Origin: Minisyncoccota bacterium
GTDB lineage: Bacteria > Patescibacteriota > Minisyncoccia > Phycocordibacterales > DATDWN01
DNA: 52,235 bases
Assembly (NCBI GenBank): GCA_036517295.1
Contig: DATDWZ010000014.1
Span: forward strand, 1-52,235
Direction: 5' to 3'
Notes under the pieces: model-generated
What the model was told of the DNA's origin: nothing
What the model saw: only the letters and a program-made list of their open reading frames with translations
Database searches by the model: none
Shown here: one piece after another, positions 1-10,363 of the stretch
How positions within the stretch are numbered: position 1 is the first letter of the stretch
How the letters are laid out: each line of letters starts with the position of its first letter
Made by a program: the position numbers and the translations under genes

Positions 1-1730
1 TGGCAAAAAAAGAGTGGCATCTACCACAGACCCAAAAGATAGCAAGGGTTATCAAGTCTTTTTCTATAACCGAGAAAACTGTTTTCTACTTTTTCGTCGG
101 AATATTTTTCATAACCGGACTGACTCTTCTGTGGCAGGTCAATAAACTCTTTACGGTAACCGTCCCGGACTATGGCGGAAGTCTAACCGAAGGAGTTGTG
201 GGTTCACCGAGGTTCATAAATCCGTTACTGGCCTCAAGCGACATAGACAAAGACCTGACTTCGCTCATATATTCGGGGTTACTCAAGGTGAATTCAAAAG
301 GAGAACTGGTTCCGGACCTTGCCGAAAGTTACACCATATCACCAAACTCTCTTGTTTATGCATTTAAACTAAAAGATAACCTCTACTTTCATGATGGGAC
401 AAAAGTAACAGCCGACGATGTAGTTTTCACAGTAGAAAAAGCTCAAGACTCATCTTTGAAAAGCCCGAGGGAGACAAACTGGAACGGTGTGAAAGTGGAA
501 AAAATAGACGACAGGACGATATCTTTTACACTGAAACAGTCTTACTCACCTTTCATACAAAATACCACACTAGGAATCCTACCCAAACATATCTGGAAAT
601 CGGCCTCGGTAGAAGAATTCCCTTTCAGCCAGTTCAATACCAATCCCATAGGCACGGGACCGTACAAAGTGGATTCTATTTCCTACACCAGTAGTGGTCT
701 GCCATCGGAATATCAGCTGGTCTCTTTTAATAAATATGCCCTCGGAAAAGCTTTCATAACTAGCGTAACAATAAAATCATACTCCGACGAGAAAGCAATA
801 ATCGAAGCCTATAACAACGGTAATATTGAAAGTCTACACGGCATAACACCGAAACAGTTGCCGACTCTCCTAGTGGAGAACGATAAGGTTAATCTATCCC
901 CTCTGCCTCGCATCTTTGGAATATTTTTCAATCAGAATGTCGCACCAGTGCTGGTTTACAAAGAAGTCAGGCGGGCTTTGGACACCGCGACGGACAAACA
1001 AGCCATCGTCGATGCTGTCCTCGGAGGATACGGGCAAGTTATAAATAGTCCGGTACCGGTAAAAGACATAGATGAAGTCGGGGCCGTCATGACACCGGAA
1101 GAAAGGGTAGAAAAAGCCAAGGCGATTTTGACAAAAGCCGGATGGAAGCAGGACGCTGACGGTATATTTGAAAAAAAGGAGGGAAAGAATACGGTCAAGT
1201 TGGCATTTTCAATATCTACCGGAGATGCACCCGAGCTGAAAGAAGCGGCTATCTTGATTCAAAAACAGTGGACGGCTATCGGAGCAAATATTGCCGTAAG
1301 AATATTTGAGATTGGAGATTTGAATCAAAACATCATAAGACCGCGCAAATATGATTCGCTTTTGTTTGGAGAGATTATAGGCAGAGACTACGACCTGTAT
1401 CCCTTTTGGCATTCGTCACAGAGAGTGACCCCGGGATTGAATATCGCTCTCTATACAAATGTAAAAGCAGACAAGGCTCTGGAGAATATACGAAAGGCGA
1501 CCGACAAAACAGTCCAGGAAACATATCTGGCCGGTTTCAATAAAGAAATCCGGAATGATATCCCGGCCGTTTTCACATACTCGCCGTATTTTATTTATAT
1601 AGTCCCGAAGAAAGTTAACAATGTGAATCTCGGAATGTTGACGGTGCCGGCAGAACGATTTAGCGATATAAACGAGTGGTATATAGAAACAAACAATGTT
1701 TGGGGAATATTCGTAAAAGATAAGGAGTAA
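1..1730 (+). CDS. ABC transporter substrate-binding protein, family 5 (peptide/nickel type); 5' end runs off the window
   Basis: The frame is open from nt 3 and encodes a hydrophobic anchor (FYFFVGIFFITGLTLLW) upstream of the ORF-track GTG at 198. Length and overall pattern fit SBP_bac_5 (GTGPYK, LAESY). Confidence 0.75.
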   Translation, partial: AKKEWHLPQTQKIARVIKSFSITEKTVFYFFVGIFFITGLTLLWQVNKLFTVTVPDYGGSLTEGVVGSPRFINPLLASSDIDKDLTSLIYSGLLKVNSKGELVPDLAESYTISPNSLVYAFKLKDNLYFHDGTKVTADDVVFTVEKAQDSSLKSPRETNWNGVKVEKIDDRTISFTLKQSYSPFIQNTTLGILPKHIWKSASVEEFPFSQFNTNPIGTGPYKVDSISYTSSGLPSEYQLVSFNKYALGKAFITSVTIKSYSDEKAIIEAYNNGNIESLHGITPKQLPTLLVENDKVNLSPLPRIFGIFFNQNVAPVLVYKEVRRALDTATDKQAIVDAVLGGYGQVINSPVPVKDIDEVGAVMTPEERVEKAKAILTKAGWKQDADGIFEKKEGKNTVKLAFSISTGDAPELKEAAILIQKQWTAIGANIAVRIFEIGDLNQNIIRPRKYDSLLFGEIIGRDYDLYPFWHSSQRVTPGLNIALYTNVKADKALENIRKATDKTVQETYLAGFNKEIRNDIPAVFTYSPYFIYIVPKKVNNVNLGMLTVPAERFSDINEWYIETNNVWGIFVKDKE

Positions 1731-1743
1731 TTTTTAATTTTTG

Positions 1744-1825
1744 AATTTTTAATTTTATAAAGAAAGATTAAATGTTTAAAAATTAAATCATTAGAAATTA
1801 TTTAAAAATTACAAAATTAATAATT
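1744..1825. repeat. AT-rich intergenic repeat family R1, copy a
   Basis: About 80 nt nearly identical to 49514-49600 (aatttttaattttataaa ... atgtttaaaaattaa.tcattagaa.ttatttaaaaattacaaaattaa). Confidence 0.8.
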
Positions 1826-1840
1826 ATAAAATTTAATTAC

Positions 1841-3676
1841 ATGGACAATACAATAGACACAAAGATAGCGGAGGCAGGAAGAGGGCATGTCGGAAGTCAC
1901 AGAGGTGGACCGGGCGGAAGACAATCACGAAGGCCTTTCTCGCATAGACCAACCCCAATGCACATGGAAGGAAAAAATCATGACGTCATACCGCCGATCG
2001 GAGACAACATCCGCATAATTCCTCTTGGTGGAGTGGAAGAAATCGGCAAGAACATGAGCCTTATCGAATACAAAAACGACATCATCGTCGTGGACATGGG
2101 CTTTCAGTTCAACGACGATGATACTCCGGGAGTAGATTATATTCTCCCGAACACGAAATATCTGGAGGACAGAAAGGACAAAATCCGCGGGGTACTTATT
2201 ACCCACGGACACTTGGACCATATCGGAGGTATCCCCTACATAATGGAACGAATAGGTAATCCCCCACTTTATACCCGTGCCCTGACTTCGATAATGATAC
2301 GAAAAAGACAGGAGGAATTCCCTCACCTACCGGAACTGGATATTAAAGTTGTGGAGAAAGAAGACACTATCACTATGGGAGATTTGAAAGTGAAATTTTT
2401 CGCAGTAACCCATACTATACCCGACTCGATGGGAGTTATTATCAAAACTCCATATGGAAGTATCGTTACTCCGGGGGACATCAAACTCGATCATGTGGAT
2501 GGAGTGCCGACAGAAGCCGAAGAAAAAGAGTTCGGGCGATTCAAGGATGAGAAAGTGCTGTTGCTTATGATGGATTCCACCAATGTGGACAACCCGGGAT
2601 TCTCCACACCGGAGAGACTGGTCTGCCAAAACCTGGACGAAATCATAAAAAACATAAAAGGGCGATTGATTATCGGGACCTTCGCTTCACAGCTCGAGCG
2701 AGTCATGAGCATAGTCCTCTCTGCCGAGAAATACGGCAAGAAAGTGGTGGTTGAAGGACGAAGCATGAAAAACAACATAGAAGTTGCTCTGAAAATGGGA
2801 CTACTCAAAGTAAAACCAGAAACTATTATAACTACGGCCGAGATGGAGAGTTATCCACCGGACAGGATTATCGTTTTGGCCACCGGAGCACAAGGTGACG
2901 AGTTCGCAGCGTTGATGCGAATGTCGAACAAGAGTCATAAATATTTCAAAGTTACTCCACGCGACACGGTACTGCTCTCCTCATCGATTATTCCGGGAAA
3001 CGAAAAATCCGTACAAAAACTGAAGGATAATCTGACGAGGCAGGGGGCGAAAATAATTCACTACAGAACTTCCGATGTTTATATTCACTCAACGGGTCAC
3101 GGAAACCGTGGAGAGTTGGAGTGGCTACACAAGAAAATCGGTGAGAAATTCTTTATGCCCATACACGGAAACCACTACATGCTACGCATGCACGAGGAAC
3201 TGGCCCAGAACCTGGGGATGCCGAAAGAAAACATCATCGTTCCGGATAACGGCTCAATCATAGAAATCCAGAACGAAGGACAGGCCTTTGTCCGGCTGAA
3301 GGAGGAAGCACCTAGCGGAATCATGATGGTGGATGGTTTCTCCGTCGGTGATGTGCAGGAAATGGTTATCCGGGACAGGAAAATGCTCTCCCAGGACGGT
3401 ATATTCGTTATCGTGGTCAGTATAAACACAAAGACCGGTAAACTGAAGAAATCACCGGATATTATCGCCCGAGGATTCGTATATGTGCGAGAGTCGCAGG
3501 ACCTCCTCACGAGCGCCCGCATGATAATCAAAAAAACCGTTGAGGATACCACCCACGGCATGAACCCTATCAACTTCGACTTCGTCAAATCGAACCTGGC
3601 CGATAATGTCGGACGGTTCCTGTTCCAAAAAACGGCAAAAAAACCGATGGTAATACCGGTTATCCTCGGCGTCTAG
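1841..3676 (+). CDS. rnj: Ribonuclease J (metallo-beta-lactamase/beta-CASP)
   Basis: HGHLDHIGG motif, beta-CASP layout and about 560-aa core. It carries an extra Arg/Gly/Pro-rich N-terminal extension. Confidence 0.9.
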   Translation: MDNTIDTKIAEAGRGHVGSHRGGPGGRQSRRPFSHRPTPMHMEGKNHDVIPPIGDNIRIIPLGGVEEIGKNMSLIEYKNDIIVVDMGFQFNDDDTPGVDYILPNTKYLEDRKDKIRGVLITHGHLDHIGGIPYIMERIGNPPLYTRALTSIMIRKRQEEFPHLPELDIKVVEKEDTITMGDLKVKFFAVTHTIPDSMGVIIKTPYGSIVTPGDIKLDHVDGVPTEAEEKEFGRFKDEKVLLLMMDSTNVDNPGFSTPERLVCQNLDEIIKNIKGRLIIGTFASQLERVMSIVLSAEKYGKKVVVEGRSMKNNIEVALKMGLLKVKPETIITTAEMESYPPDRIIVLATGAQGDEFAALMRMSNKSHKYFKVTPRDTVLLSSSIIPGNEKSVQKLKDNLTRQGAKIIHYRTSDVYIHSTGHGNRGELEWLHKKIGEKFFMPIHGNHYMLRMHEELAQNLGMPKENIIVPDNGSIIEIQNEGQAFVRLKEEAPSGIMMVDGFSVGDVQEMVIRDRKMLSQDGIFVIVVSINTKTGKLKKSPDIIARGFVYVRESQDLLTSARMIIKKTVEDTTHGMNPINFDFVKSNLADNVGRFLFQKTAKKPMVIPVILGV

Positions 3677-3679
3677 AAC

Positions 3680-3769
3680 AATTTTCAATTCCTAATTTTC
3701 AATTTTCATTGAATTTCCAATGAACTGATTTACAATGTTTGAAAATTGAAAAATTGTAAATTGAAAATT
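3680..3769. repeat. AT-rich palindromic intergenic repeat family R2, copy a
   Basis: The left arm aattttcaattcctaattttcaattttca and right arm tgaaaattgaaaaattgtaaattgaaaatt are imperfect inverted repeats. The same arms recur at 23831-23859 and 24801-24921. Confidence 0.8.
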
Positions 3770-3791
3770 ATATTATGTTATAATATTCCCT

Positions 3792-4967
3792 ATGGACAAA
3801 CTTCTATTGCCCTTTAGACAGAGTAAACTACTCAATACCCTGTTTATTTCCAACGTATTTATTTCTCTGCACTATGCGATGATTATATACGTTAATTCAT
3901 CCTATCTCTCTAACTTTTTTTCGGAGACACAGGTTTCGGCGCTGTACATCATAGGTTCTATAATAAATACCATCCTCCTCCTTAATGCTTCCAGAATATT
4001 GGAAAAGGTGGGTATATATAAATTCACCATGGCCACCGTGATTCTGGAGTTACTGGCAACTCTCGGCATGGCCCTGTCCAGTACGCCATTTTTCGTCGGA
4101 CTGTATTTCCTAATACACCTCAACATAATAGCTCTCCTCCTATTTAATATGGATATCTACGTGGAAAATATATCGAAAAATAATGCTCTGACCGGAAGCG
4201 TAAGGGCGACATATCTCACTATGACCAACGTAACCATAATCGTTGCCCCGAGCATCGTAGCTCTCCTACTTTTGGGTAACAAATACCTATACGTCTACGC
4301 CATATCATGTCTTTGCATCATTCCGGCTTATTATTACACCAAAAAATTCAAAGCGGTTGTGACTAGGAAAGTACATCATATAAATATAAAAAACACGATA
4401 GCCGAGTATGTAAAAAATAGAGATTTGTATAACATCTTCACCGCTGGATTTCTCTTGCAGCTTTTTTATGCATACATGGTTGTGTACACACCAATATATC
4501 TCAATAAATATATTGGCTTCAGTTGGCCCGAGATAGGAGTGATGTTTACCATAATGCTCGTGCCGTTCGTTTTGTTCGAAATGCCAGTTGGAGAATTAGA
4601 AGATTATAAATACGGAGAAAAGGAATTTTTGACTATCGGATTTGTTATAATGGGACTAGCCACTATTTTCATGAGTTTCATTACACTGAAAGTTTTCTGG
4701 ATATGGGCCGTCGTTCTGTTTATCACCCGTATAGGGGCCAGCCTGGTCGAGGTCAGCACCGAAAGTTACTTTTGGAAACTAGTGCACCCGGACAAAACCG
4801 ACGTAATAGGATTCTTTCGTATTAACCGTCCAATCTCTTTCATGGTGGCTCCACTACTGGCCACTCTGACCTTTCAGTTTATTCCATTTCAATATATTTT
4901 TATCGTCGTGGGCTCTATCATGATATTGGGAACCAAATATTCTCTTAGTCTCAACGATACCAAGTAA
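3792..4967 (+). CDS. Polytopic membrane transporter, MFS-like
   Basis: 391 aa with about 12 hydrophobic segments in two halves. Confidence 0.55.
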   Translation: MDKLLLPFRQSKLLNTLFISNVFISLHYAMIIYVNSSYLSNFFSETQVSALYIIGSIINTILLLNASRILEKVGIYKFTMATVILELLATLGMALSSTPFFVGLYFLIHLNIIALLLFNMDIYVENISKNNALTGSVRATYLTMTNVTIIVAPSIVALLLLGNKYLYVYAISCLCIIPAYYYTKKFKAVVTRKVHHINIKNTIAEYVKNRDLYNIFTAGFLLQLFYAYMVVYTPIYLNKYIGFSWPEIGVMFTIMLVPFVLFEMPVGELEDYKYGEKEFLTIGFVIMGLATIFMSFITLKVFWIWAVVLFITRIGASLVEVSTESYFWKLVHPDKTDVIGFFRINRPISFMVAPLLATLTFQFIPFQYIFIVVGSIMILGTKYSLSLNDTK

Positions 4968-4990
4968 ATAAACTATGTTATAATGCCGAT

Positions 4991-5383
4991 ATGACAGGAA
5001 ATAAAATAGCAAAATTTTTCGATAGACTAGAAGATAAGGTTAGAAGTTTCCTGAGTCGTCGACCTATTTTTTATGCTTTCTTGGGAGGAGTCGGGGTTGT
5101 CCTGTTCTGGAGGGGTGTATGGCATATGGCTGACGATGCCAATATGGCTCCGATTATATCTCTCATAATAGGAAGTCTTATATTGCTTATCATAGGAGCA
5201 TTCGTGACTACATTCATAGGAACAAAGCTTATAATAAGCGGACTCTATGGAGAGAAGAAATTAACCGAGAAAACTGAAAGTGAAATAAAAGCGGAGGGAG
5301 ACAAAATAGAGAAACTGCAAAAATCAATAAATAAAGTTGAGGAAGAAATATATAAAATAGAATCGAAAATAAACCACAAATAA
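4991..5383 (+). CDS. Small membrane protein with C-terminal coiled coil
   Basis: Two TM segments followed by a Lys/Glu-rich heptad-like tail. Confidence 0.5.
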   Translation: MTGNKIAKFFDRLEDKVRSFLSRRPIFYAFLGGVGVVLFWRGVWHMADDANMAPIISLIIGSLILLIIGAFVTTFIGTKLIISGLYGEKKLTEKTESEIKAEGDKIEKLQKSINKVEEEIYKIESKINHK

Positions 5384-5384
5384 A

Positions 5385-7289
5385 TTAAGCGGTAAGCACA
5401 TCGAGTAGTTTCTGGAGTGGCATAGACGCGACACTAATGACCGAATCCGCTCCGCCATAATACATATATATTATTCCCTTTCTAACAACAGCCCCGCAAG
5501 GAAACACGACGTAGTTCACCTGACCCATGACTTCATAAGCTTCTTTTGGTTCAAAAATACAATCGGTTGTGCGAGAAAGAACTTTTGTTGGATCTTTGAG
5601 GTCTAGGAGCACAGCGCCGATTCTATATCGTGACCTATCAGAGATTCCGTGGTACAAAAGTAACCAACCCTTTTTTGTCTTTATTGGCGGGGTTGATATG
5701 CCGACCTTTTTTGCATCCCACATGCCATGTCTAGGCAAAAGGATAGGGATATTTTTGAAATCATTACGCTCCTTGAACTCATGAGTCAGACCGAAATCAC
5801 CTGCAATATAGTTGTCTACACGATGAAAGAGAAAGTATTTACCGTTTACTTTTTCTGGATGAAGACAGGCGTCCTTGTCGTCGACACCGTCTTTGGTGAC
5901 CAGGACGGGCTTGCTCCATTTCCAGATTCGTCTTTTAAAATTGGCGACGGATATATGGGATTCGGCTACGGCAGGCGGATTTATACCGTTGTATGCCGTA
6001 TAATACATGTGAATCGTATTGCCTATTCTGGTCAATCTCGGATCTTCACAGCCAGAATTACCGTTGGGAACTCCTTTTCTCTCGAAAGACTCTTTTGGAG
6101 TATAGATTGGCTTTTCGGAGAGATAGCTCACATCAACAGCATTCTTACTTTCGGCATACCCTATAACGGATGTATTGTCCCGCCCCTGTGCACGATAAAG
6201 AATACGAACTGTGCCATCCAGATCTATGGCAGCAGGATTGAAAATAGCCTTGGCTTCCCACGATTTGTCTTTTCTCGGTATCATCATCGCTCCGGCACCA
6301 ATACGCATGAATCCGACTTCCTTGTATGGAAACTCCATCGCTTCCAAAAGTGAGTCGAGTTCCACCTCGGCCGTGGCGACAGTCGTATCGGTGGCGCCGT
6401 AATATATTTGAAGTCTGTTATTTATGACGATCGCCCCGCTCGGAAATATGGTGTTCACTATTATCCCTTCTTTCTCATATTTCTCTTCAGGTACGAGTAA
6501 CGGTCCGCGAGTTTTACCTATAATTTTTTTAGGGTTTTTCAAGTCCAAAAGTATGGCTTCTATGGTGAAAGTGCGGTCCGAAGAAGAATGGTTGACGACT
6601 CTACATGTAACCAAGAGCCAACCCTTTTTTGTTTTTATGGGAGAGGAACCGATTTCAATACGGTCTTTGTCGTCTCCGGGTATGAAAATGTGCTTATCCA
6701 GGTTTTTGTACCAATTTTTCCAATATTTCTCCGACCACATCTCACCCGGCCTTTTAAATTCAGCCATGGCGATATGAGTCGGCAGGACATCAGGGTTCAC
6801 GGTGAGCAGAGCGACAAATTTGCCGTTTATTTTTTCTGGAAAAAGGGTCATGGCCTTCGCATTGAACGGAGTGATGAGATGTTTTTCGGAAACCGTCTTC
6901 ATATCGGGGCTTATGGCCAGACCCACCCTTATGCCTCCGGGGATATTCAACGGATATGCAAACAAAGCGGTATAGAAAATAAAATACTTGCCGGCGATTT
7001 TCGTCACTCTCGGGTCTTCCAGACCGTACCTCTCCCAAGTGTGCTCCGGGGAGAGAAAAACTTCCCTATTCATAAAATTAATACCGTCCCTACTCACAGC
7101 TTTTGCTATAACAGACATGGAAAAGGCGTTATCGCCGAATTTCTCCGGCATAGATTGGGCACGATACAGAAGATTGATATTGTTCCCTACCTGTATGGGA
7201 TTACCATTGAAAGCAGCAAAGTTCTCAAAATGTCTTTCGGAAGACGGAGCAATTATTGGATTATTTTTTGAGCGTTTTACAACAAACAT
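5385..7289 (-). CDS. Tandem GH130-family glycoside phosphorylase/glycosidase (two DUF377-like beta-propeller modules)
   Basis: Two copies of the GH130-type pattern: FNG/FNPAA ... EDPR(V/L)T ... YYGA(T)D / YYGGAD. Confidence 0.75.
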   Translation of the reverse strand: MFVVKRSKNNPIIAPSSERHFENFAAFNGNPIQVGNNINLLYRAQSMPEKFGDNAFSMSVIAKAVSRDGINFMNREVFLSPEHTWERYGLEDPRVTKIAGKYFIFYTALFAYPLNIPGGIRVGLAISPDMKTVSEKHLITPFNAKAMTLFPEKINGKFVALLTVNPDVLPTHIAMAEFKRPGEMWSEKYWKNWYKNLDKHIFIPGDDKDRIEIGSSPIKTKKGWLLVTCRVVNHSSSDRTFTIEAILLDLKNPKKIIGKTRGPLLVPEEKYEKEGIIVNTIFPSGAIVINNRLQIYYGATDTTVATAEVELDSLLEAMEFPYKEVGFMRIGAGAMMIPRKDKSWEAKAIFNPAAIDLDGTVRILYRAQGRDNTSVIGYAESKNAVDVSYLSEKPIYTPKESFERKGVPNGNSGCEDPRLTRIGNTIHMYYTAYNGINPPAVAESHISVANFKRRIWKWSKPVLVTKDGVDDKDACLHPEKVNGKYFLFHRVDNYIAGDFGLTHEFKERNDFKNIPILLPRHGMWDAKKVGISTPPIKTKKGWLLLYHGISDRSRYRIGAVLLDLKDPTKVLSRTTDCIFEPKEAYEVMGQVNYVVFPCGAVVRKGIIYMYYGGADSVISVASMPLQKLLDVLTA

Positions 7290-7296
7290 GTTTTTA

Positions 7297-9189
7297 TCAG
7301 AATACCCGTTTCAACTCATACCGGTCGGGTTTCTCTGTGACTAAATAGTCCAGAAATTTTTTGACCGGAGTTTCTGCCACACAGACGACCTTATCCCCAC
7401 CTCCGTAATAAACCCGAAGATCGTCACCTTTTATAACCGCACCGGAAGCATAAATTATGCCTGGTTTCCAATTGTTCTCGTAATGCATGTCCGGAGAAAG
7501 TATGGAGTGTGCCGACCTGTGTAATATTTTCGTCGGGTTGTCCTTGTCCAAAATCATAGCGCCAAGCTTATATTTGTGAGGTTCTTTTCTGTCATGAGCA
7601 TGATATAGGAGTAACCAACCCAGATCGGTCTTTATCGGCGGAGGTCCCGCCCCGCGCATTTTGTTGTCCCAAAAATCTTGACGTCCCCCAGATGGCGGAG
7701 AACTTTTTATACAAAACCCCTTCTCGAAATCAGTCGGGCTGTCAAAGTAGTCAATCAGTATGTTCGGCGATACGCCGTGCAGAACGGCAAATTTGCCGTT
7801 TATTTTTTCCGGAAAGAGAACCCAGTTTTTGTGAACCTCATTCACGGGAGAAATCAAAACCGGTTTCTTCCATTTCCAGTTCTCTTTCTTAAAATCGTCC
7901 ACGTTGATAGAGGTAAGCCCTATCCTGACGGAATTCCAACCCTCAAACGCAACGTAGGTCATGTATACCCTACTGCCTATTCTAACCACGCGTGGATCTT
8001 CGGAACCTCCCCACCCGCCACCGGAGGTATAGTAGAGCGGATTAAAACCGACCGGTTCTTTCGTCTTACCAGTGTCCGGCATGCCAAGACCCGGTGTCGG
8101 CTCAAAAACAGGATAGTTCAAACGTCGAGTAAAAGATAAACCGTCTTTGCTTTGGGCGTAGCCTATCCTGGATATACCGTCACTACCCAAAGCTCTATAG
8201 AACATATGCAGTCCGTCTTTATCCTGAAAAACAGCTGGATTGAATGTTCCGACTACTTCCCATTCCAAAGGTCGTGGTTCCAAGATGGGATTTTTTTCCG
8301 AACGATTGAGTATTTCGTATTGGTATAAATCGGATTTATTGAACAAGGCTGGGAATGTAGAAATAATCATGTCTTTACCGCCAACTAGCCAGTAGACGAT
8401 AAAAACTTCTTTGAAATAGACGAAGCCTACGGGAGTAACGGAGCTTTTCTCATTCTTTGTTTCCACTACCCCCTGCCACAGAGGGACTTCCGAACGCCAT
8501 AAAAACCGATTTGGATTTTTTGCGTCAAACAAAACTCCTCCGATCTGTAGTAATGTTCTCGCGCCGTTTTTAATCGAAGCATTATATATAACCAACAAGC
8601 CGTCTTTTGTCTCGGTGGAGCCTATTACCTCAATATCGTCACAATCAAACATACCGTATCGTCCGGTTAGGAGAAGAGATGGTTTGTCTTTCCACAGAAC
8701 CAGACTATGAGCTGTCTGACTTTTGATGAACAGCCCGTCTCGATACATAACAAAAGAACGTAGGGGGTGATTATAAACAACCGTGGCGTGCTTTGAGTCC
8801 AGAGTGACCATTTCGGACTTTATATGCCATTCTCTCAGGTTAGATGATTTCGCCACAACAACCCTGTCGTCAGTCCCTTTTTTGCCAGCTCTGACGTACG
8901 CCATGACAAAACCTGTAGGAGTGGCCGATATCGAAAAATTACGACAATTTTTTATATTCTCCTTTTTACCTGTATGATTTTTTATCAAAACTTTTTTATC
9001 GTTGCCCGTAAAAATCACACCATCAGTACTAGAGGAAAGTTGCAAAGAACTTGTAACCTTACTCTCCAACCTCTCAATCATATAGACGCGGTCCGGAACC
9101 GACACAACAGCAAGCGGAATACCGCTTATTTTCATGCTTTTCTTCGATTTTAGGGTTTGTTTCTTCATTATATTTCCTAAAACTTTCAA
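7297..9189 (-). CDS. GH130-like protein with a divergent N-terminal propeller-like half
   Basis: The C-terminal half has FNPAVF, SEDPRVVRIG and VYYGGGDK, like the neighbouring gene. Confidence 0.65.
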   Translation of the reverse strand: MKVLGNIMKKQTLKSKKSMKISGIPLAVVSVPDRVYMIERLESKVTSSLQLSSSTDGVIFTGNDKKVLIKNHTGKKENIKNCRNFSISATPTGFVMAYVRAGKKGTDDRVVVAKSSNLREWHIKSEMVTLDSKHATVVYNHPLRSFVMYRDGLFIKSQTAHSLVLWKDKPSLLLTGRYGMFDCDDIEVIGSTETKDGLLVIYNASIKNGARTLLQIGGVLFDAKNPNRFLWRSEVPLWQGVVETKNEKSSVTPVGFVYFKEVFIVYWLVGGKDMIISTFPALFNKSDLYQYEILNRSEKNPILEPRPLEWEVVGTFNPAVFQDKDGLHMFYRALGSDGISRIGYAQSKDGLSFTRRLNYPVFEPTPGLGMPDTGKTKEPVGFNPLYYTSGGGWGGSEDPRVVRIGSRVYMTYVAFEGWNSVRIGLTSINVDDFKKENWKWKKPVLISPVNEVHKNWVLFPEKINGKFAVLHGVSPNILIDYFDSPTDFEKGFCIKSSPPSGGRQDFWDNKMRGAGPPPIKTDLGWLLLYHAHDRKEPHKYKLGAMILDKDNPTKILHRSAHSILSPDMHYENNWKPGIIYASGAVIKGDDLRVYYGGGDKVVCVAETPVKKFLDYLVTEKPDRYELKRVF

Positions 9190-9219
9190 ATTTGGCCAAG
9201 GTCGCTTGATTTGGAAGCC

Positions 9220-9558
9220 TTATCTGTTGTACTTGTCTTCTATTCGAACTATATCATCCTCATCAAACTCCCCTTTTGATATTTCCAGAACAACCACATC
9301 ATCCACCGGCGCCGAGATTCTGTGGTTTGTATGTGGAGCTATGATAAATTCCTCTCCCTCTTTCGGATTATGTATTTTATCGCCAATGATAATTTCCGGG
9401 CTACCTTTTATGATTTTCCAGAACTCTTCCCTGTGTGTGTGGTATTGTAAACTGAATTTTTCTCCCCTATTTACATATAAAAGTTTGACCGTTGATAGCT
9501 CATTATTTGTGAAACGGGTAAACGACCCCCATGGCCTTTTGGTGGTAACGGGATTCAT
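9220..9558 (-). CDS. Cupin, type II mannose-6-phosphate isomerase-like
   Basis: KRPWGSF ... VKLLYVNRGEKFSLQYHTHREEFW matches the PMI cupin core. Confidence 0.75.
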   Translation of the reverse strand: MNPVTTKRPWGSFTRFTNNELSTVKLLYVNRGEKFSLQYHTHREEFWKIIKGSPEIIIGDKIHNPKEGEEFIIAPHTNHRISAPVDDVVVLEISKGEFDEDDIVRIEDKYNR

Positions 9559-9610
9559 GCTTGAATTATATCATAGCCGTGATAATCCGAACAAAATAAC
9601 CTGTGGGTTT

Positions 9611-10357
9611 CTAAATATACTGGCGCAAAAACTCCTCTGTTTCCTCCGGCCCAGATTCCTGGATAAAGTCCACGCCCGTTTTCTTTACAGACTCGTCATT
9701 CCCTCCTTCGTATAAAGCATCTCCGACAAAAACGACATCGTCGTCCGTCACGGAAAGTAGTTTTTTTATCTTTTCTACGGCGTAAGCTTTGTCTATACCC
9801 TTGTGGGTAATATCTATGGATGTCGCTCCACCTATACGAATCTCAAACTCTGGTATCTTTCGTCTGAGGAGAGAAACCATTTTCCGTCTTTTGGCCTGAT
9901 TGGGGTCCCAAGCAATCTTTATGGATAACGGAGCGGATTGTCCGAGACCGGAAAAAGTTATCTGACTACCCCTGTCTTCCACCACATCGCCATATGTGTT
10001 CGTCAAATCCAGGCCGATTTCCGAAATCACTTCACTGAAAGCCCGGATGATTCTGTCCCGTTCGCTTTTGGCCATAGGCTCAGCGTAAAGTTCCTTCCAC
10101 CCACCTTCACCGTCATATCTATAACAAGAAGCTCCGTTTGTCGGAAATAGAAATAAATTTTGTAAAACATTCTCATCACAAGATAGTCGTGACAAGAATT
10201 GTTTTTGGAACTGAGTATAAGACCCTCCAGAAATCACTACCAGAAAGTGACGAGAAAGCACACGGCACAAAACTTCGGCCATACTCGACGATAACGGCGA
10301 CTTACTGGCAGTCAGGGTTCCATCCAAATCACAAACGATTACTTTTTTGTTTATCAT
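9611..10357 (-). CDS. HAD-IIB hydrolase, phosphomannomutase-like
   Basis: DLDGTLT nucleophile motif and a C-terminal GDALYEGGND motif. Confidence 0.65.
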   Translation of the reverse strand: MINKKVIVCDLDGTLTASKSPLSSSMAEVLCRVLSRHFLVVISGGSYTQFQKQFLSRLSCDENVLQNLFLFPTNGASCYRYDGEGGWKELYAEPMAKSERDRIIRAFSEVISEIGLDLTNTYGDVVEDRGSQITFSGLGQSAPLSIKIAWDPNQAKRRKMVSLLRRKIPEFEIRIGGATSIDITHKGIDKAYAVEKIKKLLSVTDDDVVFVGDALYEGGNDESVKKTGVDFIQESGPEETEEFLRQYI

Positions 10358-10363
10358 GCCTCG

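Noticed and set aside
1731-3790. AT-rich intergenic repeats (R1, R2, R3 here and elsewhere) as CRISPR arrays
   Set aside because: There is no regular repeat-spacer periodicity. Copies are single or inverted pairs in separate spacers, and no cas genes are present in the window.
5569-9715. Numerous 60-230 aa plus-strand ORFs inside the GH130 genes and neighbours
   Set aside because: All are antisense to long ORFs that carry clear family motifs, and none has a recognisable domain.
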